This document shows, piece by piece, positions 1 through 11,357 of a DNA stretch of 64,000 bases (position 1 is the first letter of the stretch; the number at the start of each line of letters is the position of its first letter). The stretch is from assembly GCF_000143415.4 (NCBI RefSeq), contig NW_003314307.1, forward strand, positions 1,423,002-1,487,001, given 5' to 3'. Position numbers and translations under genes: made by a program. The notes under the pieces were generated by a model, which searched no databases, was not told where the DNA came from, and worked only from the letters and a program-made list of their open reading frames with translations. Source of the stretch: Selaginella moellendorffii (Eukaryota; Plantae; Lycopodiophyta).

Positions 1-1032
1 AAGAAATGGGGTGGGAAACTCGGGGTTTAAACCCTTGGGCCATGTAAAAAAGGAACAGTTCCAAATTCCCAAGGGTGAAGCCAGGGGGTGGTGGAATTGG
101 CCCCCAGGGCAATTCCGGGGCATTTAGCCCAAGGGGGAAAGGGCCAGGGTTCCGGAGTGATTTGGAAAATTCTGGGGGCAACCAACTTCCCAATGCCGGG
201 GTTAACCCCCAAAAAGGGGCCAAAGGGGTTTGGGGGTTTTTTCAAAATAAAAGGGGCCAAAGGGGGGGATTGGGGTTTTCCCCTAGTTACCAGGGAATGG
301 AATTTGGGTTTAGACCCAAGCCGGTTGCGGAAAAAGGACAACCCCCCAAGGGGGGGTTAGATTTTCCCCCGGGTGGGTTGGCCATGCCCGACCTACCCAC
401 TATCCCTAATAAACATTTGGAACCCCCTAAAGGGGCGCCCCCCCCCCCCCCCCCCCTTATGGAACACACGCTTTGGGCTTTCACCCCAAGCCTCCCTTAG
501 TACCAGGAGTTAGTCTCTGGGACAAGTTTGAAACTTATTAAATATGAAATGTACCTAGATTGCGAATTTGGACACAGGACAAACACCATTGTGTTTAGGA
601 TAATCTCTACATTCCGTAGATATGCCAAATGAGCAAATCTAGACACTTTCCATAAATAGCATTTGGGACCGAAATGAGACTAACACAAAAGGCATGATAG
701 TGAGGGTGTTTGGCAGACACGGTAAGTTATCATCTAGTGATATTGAGGGACCAAGCTCAATGTCGCAGGGGTTCCCAACACTAGCAAGTGCAAATCAACA
801 AATGAGTTTCTCTAACCAGGTCAAGTATGCTTGACTAATAGCACTTAGGAATTCCGTCCTTATGCCCATCTGGTCAAGTGCACACGCGAGGACCAGTTTC
901 TCAACTAGCTTAGGTGGAGACTAATAACGGGTCCAACAATACTGACCTTCTGCCATCGTGGCAGTAAGGTAAGAGTGTCTGTAAGGACTAATCGACAGGT
1001 AATTTTCAATACCTGAAGTCACATTCGTGACA
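1..1032 (-). repeat. 3' LTR of non-autonomous element copy 1 (runs off window start)
   Basis: Minus strand starts TGTCACGAATGTGAC right after the PPT. 500-1031 is near-identical to 14840-15371. The first ~480 bp look like an error-rich version of 14370-14830. Confidence 0.85.
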
Positions 1033-1044
1033 CTCTCCCCCCCT
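1033..1044 (-). other. Polypurine tract
   Basis: Minus strand AGGGGGGGAGAG abuts the LTR TG; same as the chromovirus PPT at 10431-10443. Confidence 0.85.
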
Positions 1045-2429
1045 AGGGAAGATCGACGTCCTCGTCGATGCACACTTGAGTCTAGAATACCGCCAAGGAA
1101 ACAACTCCAGAAAAAGTTCACGGTATTCACACTATGTGAGAAATGCACCAACTTAAATGAGTTAGGAGGCAACCTCTTTGTCTAACGCGGATGCGCTACC
1201 AGCTCAGACACCTTCCGGCCGTCGCCGACAAGGAAATGACCAACAGAGTCAGCCACCCTTGCTGCTCTAAGAGTCACCCAGCTTACAAAAGTGTGATACG
1301 CCCTTGCCTGCAAGAACATAGAGAGAGAAGCCAAAGGCCCCAACCCTCCTAAGCAAAGAAACCAAACCCGTCGGTAAGGTTTAGATAGACTACTGTAAAC
1401 AGGTAGTTAGAGTTGTTTACACGGTCACGCCCTTTCAACGGAATAAGGAACTTCGACAGAGAGGCGGGTGATGTGACCAGTCGACAGTAGCTACCCCATG
1501 ACTAGAGATTTCAACATGCACACGAAGTGCCGAAGCCAATCTGCCTATACTGGCCCAAACTCAAAGATCAATAGATGGACAATATCAAAGTCATAGACAA
1601 TGATATCTTAGAGTCTTAATTATCAGTGAACATAACGTAGATTAGAACACAAAAGTATTCCAAGTAAGTTATCATTCGATAAACCAGTATTTAGTATAGG
1701 AACCACCAAAATCATCATAATTGGTAAACATAGGAATCACCATCCAACAAAATTCAATAGCAAGTAGATCATCAAGGAAACAATGATGAAACTTAACTAC
1801 CAAAATTGGCAAATAGTATGCCAAACAACTTACAAAACACAACTCAAAGAACACAAAGTATCATTGACTAACAAGCACAATGCTCGCGAATGTATCATCT
1901 GAAGGAAATAACATCAGAATCTATCAAAACTAACTCAAACAATAATCAACACAATAGAATGAATGTGGTAAAACCAACAAACACTTAGTCATGCCAACCA
2001 TCGCACAAGCCAATTTGAATAGATCCTAGTCAATAATACCAAGGAACTCAAATTGCCTAAGCAAGTGTTAGCAATATCCTACTGATGTCTCAAACCCAAA
2101 AGATCAATCCAGAGCAAACCACAAAAAACATGTGGGATTGCGAAAAGCCATAAGCCATCAAAGAGAAAAACTAACCATCATGAAAGATCATCAATCATCC
2201 CATTAATAAAGAGATGCAAAATCATCGTCTAAGAAGGAATCCACCATCCCGAAGAATAGCAAATCATTCTAGATTAACGATAATCAAGCAAAACCTTCGA
2301 CAAGGATAATCAATTATTTTAGATGATAGTCAATCATCACTAATGATTGCTAGATGCAAAAGACAACTTCAACATCGAAGCTAATGAGCCAAAATGCCTT
2401 CCCCAACAACTTCTAGCAAATGGAATAAT

Positions 2430-3588
2430 TGTAAGGAACCAACTCGCCGAGGTGTCGTAGGCTAAAGGAACCCCGAAAGCATGACCAAAATGACAAAGAG
2501 TTCATCGGATAGGACCAAGTCGAAGATCGAGTCCAAGACCGACTCTAGGACCGAGTTCGAGATAGAGTCTGGAATTGAGTTCGAGACCGACTCGGGGACT
2601 GAGTTCGAGTCCGAGTTCGAGACCGAGTTCGAGACGGAGTCCGAGATCCGAAATCGGGTCCGAGACCGAGTCCGAGGTCGAGTCCGAGGTCGGGTCCGAG
2701 ATCGGGTCCGAGATCGAGTCCGAGATCGAGTCCGAGACCGAATCCGAAGTCGGATCCGAAATCGGGTCCGAGATCGAGCCAGAGACTAAGTCCAAATACT
2801 AATACGGGTCAAGGGGTGAAAGCCCAAAGCGTGCGTCTCCCAGGGGGGGGGGGGGGGGGGGGGCTCCAGGGGGTTCCAAAAGTATAGTAGGGATAGTGAG
2901 GTCCAAGAACTAGTTTTGAAGGGACTCTCCAGTGGGGCTTCCAAACTGACTTGAGGTTGAGACTGGGACCGAGGGGCCTTGGGTGGGAGTGAGCATGGAC
3001 TTGGTTGGTGCCGGAGGGGCCATCTAGGGAAGTGCTCAAGAGGAACTCCCACTCCCGAAAGGGAAACCGATTGCGGTGCTCCCGGCTCATGTGGAGTGGT
3101 GCCCCACTTGAGTACCATGCAGCTCATTGGTCCTCGCCCTGCCTAGGGGCTTGGGCCTTCCTTCGGGATGGAAGTGGGGGGGGTAGAGGTACCCATACCG
3201 GGCCGCTAGGCCACGGTGTTTCGCCCCGGCGTCCCGAAGCAAGTGTTGCACTCAAGACTTGGGATTTAGAGGGTCCTATGATCAAGTCTTGTGGTACCAA
3301 GGGATATTAGGAACCTGGAAGCTTGGTGTGCTTGGCTGCTTGTGCTTGCGGGGAGTGTAGCAGAACCTTAAGTCCAGTCTAACCCGAGGAGGGGGATTGG
3401 GAGTGATTTGGGAATCCGTGGATGGATGGCTAACATTCCGTTGCTCGTGCAGTGAGTAGCTGAGACCAAGTAGGAGTTGGTACCATAGGCGAGAACCTTG
3501 GCAAGGGAACTTAGCAAAAACCAAGGCAGTGTTGGACGGATAGACGAGGTAAGCTGGCAAATTAGAAAGGAAAAATTTGTGGCTTACA
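2430..3588 (+). mobile_element. Solo LTR (second family) with internal satellite
   Basis: TGTAAG...CTTACA termini, 5-bp TSD ATAAT (2425-2429 / 3589-3593). The empty site is visible in the sister copy near 34065-34080. Confidence 0.9.
2515..2790 (+). repeat. Tandem array of 6/12-bp units (GAGTCCGAGATC / GGGTCCGAGATC variants) inside the solo LTR
   Basis: Repeat units directly visible. Confidence 0.9.
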
Positions 3589-3727
3589 ATAATGAGCATG
3601 AAAACTCAAGGAACCAAAAGCTCGAAGAAGCCTATAACTAAGTCTTTGTCTATAATGATTACAAGTCTTGCATAAACTAACTTCAATGCTAAAGAAGAAA
3701 TCATGGGACAATCCATAATATCCTCCT

Positions 3728-4927
3728 TGTCGCGAATGTGACTTCGGGTATCGAAAGATACTTGTCGACCGATCCTTACGGACATTCTTTCCTTACTGCC
3801 ATGACAGTAGGAGATCGGTACAGTTGGATCCCTTTAGTAGCCCCTCTTGTGCTAGTGGAGTTAACTGGGCATTTCGAGTGTACTTAGACCAGACGAGCAT
3901 AAGGACAGAATTCCTACGTGCTATTAGCTAAGCATACTTAGCCCGGTAAGGAGTTCCTATCTCGTTTGTCTTGCACTTGCTAGTGACAAGAACCCTCGCA
4001 TATTGAGACTAGTCCCTTAATATCGCTGGATGATAGCTTACATGCTTTATTTTGTTAAAGTGGAACTTATTCAGTAAAGTGGGACATTAATTAGCATGTG
4101 TCCACATGCCATTTCGTAGTACTTAATTAATATTTATTAATATTTCTATCAGTTTTTTAATTTATTTTTTATATTTCACAATATTATAACACAAAATCAT
4201 ATGAAAAGTTTTTAATTTATAAATTATAAAGCTAAAACTTCAATTTTTTATTGTTGTTATAAAAATGGCATGTGGCCACACACTATAAGTGGGATAATGA
4301 AAAGTTCCACTTTAACAAAATAAAGCATTTACCGTGTCTGCCAAACACCCTCGCTATCACGCCCTTTGTGTTAGTCTCATTTCGGTCCCAAATGCTATTT
4401 ATGGAAAGTGTCTAGATTAGCTCATTTGGCATATCTACGGAATGTAGAGATCAACCTGAACACAATGGTGTTCGTCCCGTGTCCAAATTCACAATCTAAG
4501 GCCATTCCATATTTAATAAGTTTCAAACTTGTCCCAGAGACTAACTCCTAATACTAAGGGAGGGTGAAAGCCCAAAGCGTGTGTTCCTCAAGGGGGGGGG
4601 GGCTATGGGGGGTTCCAAATGTATAGTAGGGATAGTGGTTGGAATGCATGTCCAACCACCTGAGACATTAGTTTGGCTTCTGCTGGGCTGTGTCGCTCCT
4701 TGTTCTGCGTCCGGCTTGGGTGTAAGCCCAAGCTCCACGCTACTCTAGTCGGTGGAGTACCCTCCTCGCGTTAGGCCACCGGTATGCCAAAATTGTGCCA
4801 GACTCCGTTTGACACCATTTTGCATGCAGGTGCTGGATACAGGGAGCTGGTGCTCGTGGGATTGTACCGGACCCTCGTTTGTAGCGCAACGGGCTTGGAG
4901 TTCGGCTCCAAATTCAGGTGCGCTACA
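3728..4927 (+). repeat. 5' LTR of chromovirus (contains MITE)
   Basis: TGTCGCGAATG...CGCTACA; matches 10444-11357 apart from the ~290-bp insert and scattered transitions. Confidence 0.95.
4041..4328. mobile_element. MITE (Tourist-like if TSD TTA, Stowaway-like if TSD TA)
   Basis: Perfect 27-bp TIR ATGCTTTATTTTGTTAAAGTGGAACTT (4042-4068 / 4302-4328), AT-rich core, TTA on both sides. Absent from the 3' LTR (AGCTTACCGT). Confidence 0.9.
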
Positions 4928-4929
4928 TT

Positions 4930-4940
4930 TGGTATCAAAG
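4930..4940 (+). other. Primer binding site (tRNA-iMet type)
   Basis: TGGTATCAAAG two bases after the LTR end; one mismatch to canonical TGGTATCAGAG. Confidence 0.85.
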
Positions 4941-5100
4941 GAATTGTCTCAGCGATTCCTATCCAACTTTTGTCGGATTTCTTGACTCAAGTTGCATATG
5001 CAGAGACTTTTCTAGTAGATCTGAAGCGACCTGTGTAGGATTAGTAGGATTGCACCATTTGGTAATAACGTTGTATGCATGTTCAGTTACTGATAGAGGC

Positions 5101-8100
5101 ATGCATGCAGCTAGCAGGATGGTGAAGAGGAACCATGCTGATGACGCTGAAACCTCTAGACGGGCGAATCGAGAGGAGGAAACTCCTGCTAGAGATGTTG
5201 TGGAAGAGGCTGAGGTCGAGTCAGAAGAGGAAGAGCCAGATGTTGCGGCATTGTAGCGTATGGCTCAGGAAGTTGAGATCGAGAATTTGCGAAGGGAGAT
5301 TTGCAAATTGAAGAAGGAGAACAAGAAGAGGAAGAAAGAGGCTGAGGCAGCTAAACCAGCTAAGCCTAAGCAACCGGACTCCTCTTCAAGTTCTGAGGAT
5401 GATGAAGTTCTGCAGCCGCCCCCGGTTGCACAAGTTTCAAAGTTCAAGCCTCCGAAACCACCCAATTTCAGAGGCATGCGGGACTATCAAGTTTTGGAGG
5501 ATTGGGTCTACGATATGGACAACTATTTCATAGCGGCAGACATAGATGATCGTACAAAAGTTGCGTGCGCGCAATCCTTTCTCACTGATCATGCCAAAAC
5601 TTGGTGGCGCCAGGTGTGTGCTGAAAAAGGGCAGACTAGAAGTTGGACCAAGATGCAGTCTTGTATCCATAAGGAATACTTGCCGGATGATCTTGGTCTG
5701 AGACTTCGCGCAGAGCTGCGGCAGTTAAAGCAGCGAGGGGACCTTATGCATTACGTTAATGCGTTTGCTCAGAAGCGCATTATGATTGCAAATATGAGTG
5801 ACGAAGATGCTCGGAGTTATTTCCTGGAGGGTTTAAGTTCACTTTCTCGAAATGAGATTTTGAAGTTTAAGCCGAAGACGTACCTAGAGTGTAAGGAGGC
5901 AGCGCAGCAAGTTGCCTTTAGTCACTCGCTCATGGAACAATATCAGCAATCATATGCTGGTAACTCGGACAAGAATAAAAATTCTGGGAATAAACAAGGT
6001 GGTCGGAAACAGAGGGTGGAAGGCAGGTTCCGCCCTGGAGGCTCACAAGCAACAGTTAACAAAGGTGGTGGTGGTTAGAGACCACCAGCAGCTTCTTCTG
6101 GTCCTAGGCCCTCTGTTCCTCCTCCTGGTGGGTGCAAGCAGTAGCAACCTGCAAAACCTGCTCCTAGCAGAACAGGCAGTGTGGGTCATTGCTTCCATTG
6201 TGGAGAGTCGGGACATAGGTCCTCTGAATGTCCCAACAAGCATAAGACAAGGTCTCGGGTTAATGTCATGAAGGAAGACGGTGGTGGTGAAGCTGAAGGG
6301 GTTGACGAGTTGGTCAATGCAGACTATAAGGAAGAAGAGGTGAATAACTTTCGTTGCTTTCCTTAAGCTTTTCTTGCAATCAATGCAAAAACTAATCCAT
6401 TGATGTATTTGGTAGGCTTTGTCCGTGGACACTGAATCCGAGTGATGATTGATACCGGAGCTATGCATAGTGTGATATCCGAAGACTTAGTTAAGTTGTT
6501 AGGATTGAATGTTGAGCAAATATCGCCTATGCACTTCCGGTTTGCAGAAGGTGGGCAAGTAGCTAGAAAGTTTGTGAATGATGTTCCAATAAAGATATCC
6601 AAGTGGAAAGAAAGAGTGGACTTGGTAGTGTTGAAGATACCAGATTTTCAAATGGTGTTTGGTATGGATTTCTTCAACAAGTATATAAAAGGGATTTATG
6701 GTGCTGGACAAAGTCGTATCACATTGAAGTCAGAAGGACATCCTGATGTATCCTTTCAGTTGCAAAAGCGTTCCTCAAAGGATTGGGATGCAAAGTTATT
6801 GATTGCAAGGGCCGCTCAAAAAGCAGCTAAGAGGGGATGTCAAACCTTTTGGGTTCAAGTGATGGAAGCTGAGGGTGTTGGTGACTCAGTACGAATCGGC
6901 AACGGGGTTGATCCTGTACCAAAAAGGATATTGGAGTTGTTGGCGAGGAATCAGGATATCTTTCCGAAGGATTTGCCGCCAGGACTACCTCCTAGCCGTG
7001 AGGTTGATCATCGGATTGAGGTTATTTCGGGTTCTAAACCACCTACAAAGGCTCCGTATCGTCTGAACATCAAGGAGATGGCTGAACTCAAGAAGCAACT
7101 CACAGAGCTTCTTGACAAAGGTCATATCCGACCAAGTAAATCACCTTATGGAGCGCCGGTCCTTTTTGTTATGAAAAAGGATGGAACCATGAGGATGTGT
7201 ATTGACTATCGGGCACTCAACAAGATCACGGTTAAAAACAGTTATCCTTTACCTCGCATTGATGACTTGTTTGACCAACTCTTAAAGGCTAAGCATTTTA
7301 CGCGACTTGATTTGCGGTCTGGGTATCATCAGATACGGGTGGCAGATCAGGATGTGGAGAAGACAGCCTTTAAGACTTGGTACGGATCTTATGAGTTCCT
7401 TGTCATGCTGTTCGGGTTATGCAATGCTCCGGTAACGTTCAGCACTATGATGGATAGAATATTCGGAGATTATTTGGATGCATTTGTTGTCCTGTATATC
7501 AACGATGTTCTAGTCTTTAGTGAAACGTTGAAGGATCATTTGAAACACTTGGAGCTGGTGTTTCAGAAGTTGCACGAACATAAACTGTATGCTAAGGAAA
7601 GTAAATGCGCTTTTGGACAATTGCGCGTAAACTTTCTCGGACATATAGTTGGTGGTGGCGTGATTGAGGTCGATCCAAAGAAGGTGGAAGCAGTGAAGTC
7701 CTAGGAAGTTCTGACCACTGTATCAGATGTTCGATCCTTTCTCGGTTTAGCGGGATACTATCGCAAGTTTGTCCACAATTTTGCAAGGATTACTCTTCCG
7801 TTGACTGAGTTGACAAGGAGTAGTATTCCATTTCATTGGACACCAACTTGCCAGCGTGCTTTTGCACGGTTGAAGGAGATCTTGACTATAGTTCCTGTTC
7901 TTAGGATCCCAGATCTTGATAAACCCTTCGAAGTGCATTGTGATGCATCTGGCTATGCTATTGGTGCCGTGTTGCAGCAAGATTGTGACAAAGCGGTTGG
8001 TGTTACGCTAAAGCGACATGGTTGTCCCGTTGCGTTCTACTCCAAGAAATTGGATGAAACTCAACGAAGATGGCCAACACATGAGAAAGAGATGTTTGCT

Positions 8101-9834
8101 ATAGTGTTGGCCCTGGAACATTGGAGACACTACTTGGGTGGACACACCAAGGTTTATACAGATAGTAACACACTGAGCTACTTTGCTACACAGCCTAAGC
8201 TTACGCCGAAGTAGGCTCGTTGGCAAGAGAAGCTTGCTAGATATGATATTGAAATCATATATAAACTTGGTAAGGACAATATTATTCCGGATGCGTTGAG
8301 TCGTCAAGCTCAATTCCGGGCAATATCGGCAATCAATTCGGACTGGTTGAAGGACGTTCGGGCTTCATATGGAAGTGATCCATTGGCGAAAGCAATCTTA
8401 TGCCATGCGGGATTGTTGAAGCAGAGCCCTGGTAGCAAAGCGGCGAAAGTTGCTAGTCACACTAATGCGAAGCTTCACTTCTTAGTTCGGGATGGGCTTA
8501 TATTCTATAAGCAAGAAAGATTGTATCTTCCCTCTAAGGATCTTTAGCAATTATTTCTGCGGGAACATCATGATGTTCCAGCAGCGGGACATGGTGGACA
8601 GCGAAAGACTCTGGCTTCATTGAAAAAGGGATTTTTCTGGTCTGGTATGGAAGGTGATGTAGCGGACTATGTCCATTCCTGCCCTATATGCCAGCAATGT
8701 AAATGTAATACTGAGAAGCAGGCTGGAAAGTTGCAGTGCATTCCAGCACCAACATGGCCATTTCAAAGTGTGACAATTGATTGCGTCACTTGCTTGCCGA
8801 AGTCTAAGGGTTATGATACTTTGATGGTGGTTGTGGATCGGTTGTCTAAGATTGCACACTTCATTCCAACTGTGGGAACAGTAAATGTGAAACAAGCAGC
8901 AAAGCTCTTTTTCCATGAAGTAGTGCGGGTTCGTGGTCTTCCCGAAGAGATGATCTCGGATAGAGATTCGAGGTTTACAGGGAAGTTTTGGGGCACACTA
9001 TTCTAGTTGTTCGGTACCAAATTGAAGTTTAGTACCGATTATCATCCTCAGACTGATGGGCAGATCGAACGTGTGAATGCTCAAGTTGAGGATTATCTAC
9101 GGTACTATGTCGCGGCGGACCAACGCGACTGAGTTGAGCATTTGGATACAGCAGAAATATGTTATAACAACACATTTCACAGCGCTATAGGCTGTTCTCC
9201 ATGGGAGATGCTGCAAGGGAATGCTCGTGGGGTTCCTCACCAAATCGTTGTACCGAAACCAAGGACCGAAGTGCTGGTCCCAGCCGTTCAAACTTATGCG
9301 GAGCAACTACGCCAAGGTTGGTCTAGAGCTACCGAAGCGATGGGCAAAGCTCAGGATAGGTATTGACGTGATAAAGATCAGCATCGTCGGGATGTATCCT
9401 ATCAAGTGGGAGATCAGGTGTGGCTATCTTCCCGGAACTTAAACATTAAGGGATCTTTGTCTCGGAAGCTGTTACCGAGATATGTTGGACCTTATCGGGT
9501 GTTGAAACGCATTGGTGATGTATCCTATCGGTTAGATCTTCCTGCGGAGATGTCCCATGTTCATAATGTATTTCATGCCAATCTCTTGGCTCCTTACACT
9601 ATGGATGTTGCGCAACGTGGGAAGATTCGTCCGCCACCAGATGTTTTGGACGGTGAACCAAAATATGAAGTTGAAGCTATCTTGGATGCTCGGTCTCAAA
9701 GACAGGCTCGTACAAAGGAATATCTAGTTAAGTGGAAAGGTTACCCGACTTGTGAATCCACTTGGGAACCTCTTAGTAATCTTACATATGCCTGTGAGCT
9801 TGTCACGGAGTATGAGAATAGTAATAAAAGATAG
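5101..9834 (+). pseudogene. gag-pol: Single-frame gag-pol polyprotein with C-terminal chromodomain; 11 premature stops
   Basis: All ORF pieces share one frame: Gag, zinc knuckle CFHCGESGHRSSECP, protease DTGA, RT ([15 protein letters not shown] for YIDD), RNase H (CDAS, EKEM), integrase (CPIC, VVDRLSK, ISDRD, HPQTDGQ, GPY), chromodomain (YEVEAILD...YLVKWKGY...TWEP). Confidence 0.95.
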
Positions 9835-10430
9835 CTTTTGTAAATCTTGTAATAAATCTTGCAAATTAATAAAGTAAAATATTTCTATAACTCAAAGTGT
9901 TGTTTCTCTCGATCATTTGTACTTGGGTCAGTTTTGGCAGGTTGACTTCGGCACTTCGGTGCATGGGTCCAATCCATAACCATGGGGATAACTATTATAG
10001 ACTGATCACAAGTCCCTGCCTCTCTCTCGATGACTCACTTTTGCAAAAGGGGCGTGGTCATGTAAACAACTTAATCTGCTAGTTTATAATAGTTGTCTAA
10101 ATCTTCCTGACGGGGTTGATTTCTTGCTCAGGGGAAGTTGGGCCTTTGGCCTTCTCCCTATGTTCCTACGGGCAGGGATGTATCATTCCTTTGTAAGCCG
10201 AGTGGTACTCGGAGCAGCAAGGGTGGCTAACTCCGTTAGTCATTTCCTTGTCAGTGACGGCCGGAGGGTGTTTGAGTCTTAACGTCTTTGGACGTAGAGC
10301 AGAGGTAGTTCCATAACTCATTTAAGTCGGTGTGTTTCCCACATAGTGTGCTTTCCGTTAACTTTCGGAGTTGTTTCCTTGACGGTTTGCTAGACTCGGG
10401 TATGCATCGACGAGGACATCGATCTTCCCC

Positions 10431-10443
10431 AAGGGGGGGAGAG
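10431..10443 (+). other. Polypurine tract
   Basis: AAGGGGGGGAGAG immediately before the 3' LTR TG. Confidence 0.9.
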
Positions 10444-11357
10444 TGTCGCGAATGTGACTTCGGGTATTGAAAGATACTTGTCGACCGGTCCTTACGGACA
10501 CTCTTTCCTTACTGCCATGACGGTAGGAGATCGGCACAGTTGGATCCCTTTAGTAGCCTCTCTTGTGCTAGTGGAGTTAACTGGGCATTTCGAGTGTACT
10601 TAGACCGGACGAGCATAAGGACGGAATTCCTACGTGCTATTAGCTAAGCATACTTAGCCTGGTAAGGAGTTCCTGTCTCGTTTGTCTTGCACTTGCTAGT
10701 GACAAGAACCCTCGCATATTGAGACTAGTCCCTCAATATCGCTGGATGATAGCTTACCGTGTCTGCCAAACACCCTCGCTATCACGCCCTTTGTGTTAGT
10801 CTCATTTCGGTCCCAAATGCTATTTATGGAAAGTGTCTAGATTAGCTCATTTGGCATATCTACGGAATGTAAAGATCAACTTAAACACAATGGTGTTCGT
10901 CCCGTGTCCAAATTCACAATCTAGTGTCATTCCATATTTAGTAAGTTTCGAGCTTGTCCCAGAGACTAACTCCTAATACTAAGGGAGGCTTGGGGTGAAA
11001 GCCCAAAGCGTGTGTTCCTCAGGGGGGGGGGGCTATGGGGGGTTCCAAATGTATAGTAAGGATAGTGGTTGGAATGCATGTCCAACCACCTGAGACATTA
11101 GTTTGGCTTCCGCTAGGCTGTGTCGCTCCTTGTTCTGCGTCCGGCTTGGGTGTAAGCCCAAGCTCCACACTACTCTAGTCAGTGGAGTACCCTCCTCGTG
11201 TTAGGCCACCGGTATGCCAAAATTGTGCCAAACTCCGTCTGACACCATTTTGCATGCAGGTGCTGGATACGAGGAGCTGGTGCTCGTGGGATTGTACCGG
11301 ACCCTCGTTCGTAGTGCAACGGGCTTGGAGTTCGGCTCCAAATTCAGGTGCGCTACA
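10444..11357 (+). repeat. 3' LTR of chromovirus (914 bp)
   Basis: Direct repeat of 3728-4927, followed by TSD CTCCT. Confidence 0.95.

Larger units (their letters stand above)
3728..11357 (+). mobile_element. Full-length Ty3/gypsy chromovirus LTR retrotransposon (inactive)
   Basis: TG...CA LTRs, TSD CTCCT (3723-3727 / 11358-11362), tRNA-iMet-type PBS, PPT, and gag-PR-RT-RH-INT-chromodomain order. Confidence 0.97.

Noticed and set aside
27-500. Gly/Pro/Lys-rich ORFs at the window start
   Set aside because: The region is an LTR copy with inflated homopolymers relative to 14370-14830, typical of low-quality read ends.
2481-2802. RD/SE-repeat ORFs on both strands
   Set aside because: Stop-free translation of a 6/12-bp satellite inside a solo LTR.
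6364-6366. Programmed stop read-through between gag and pol
   Set aside because: It is one of 11 scattered in-frame stops explicable by C>T transitions; nothing marks it as special.
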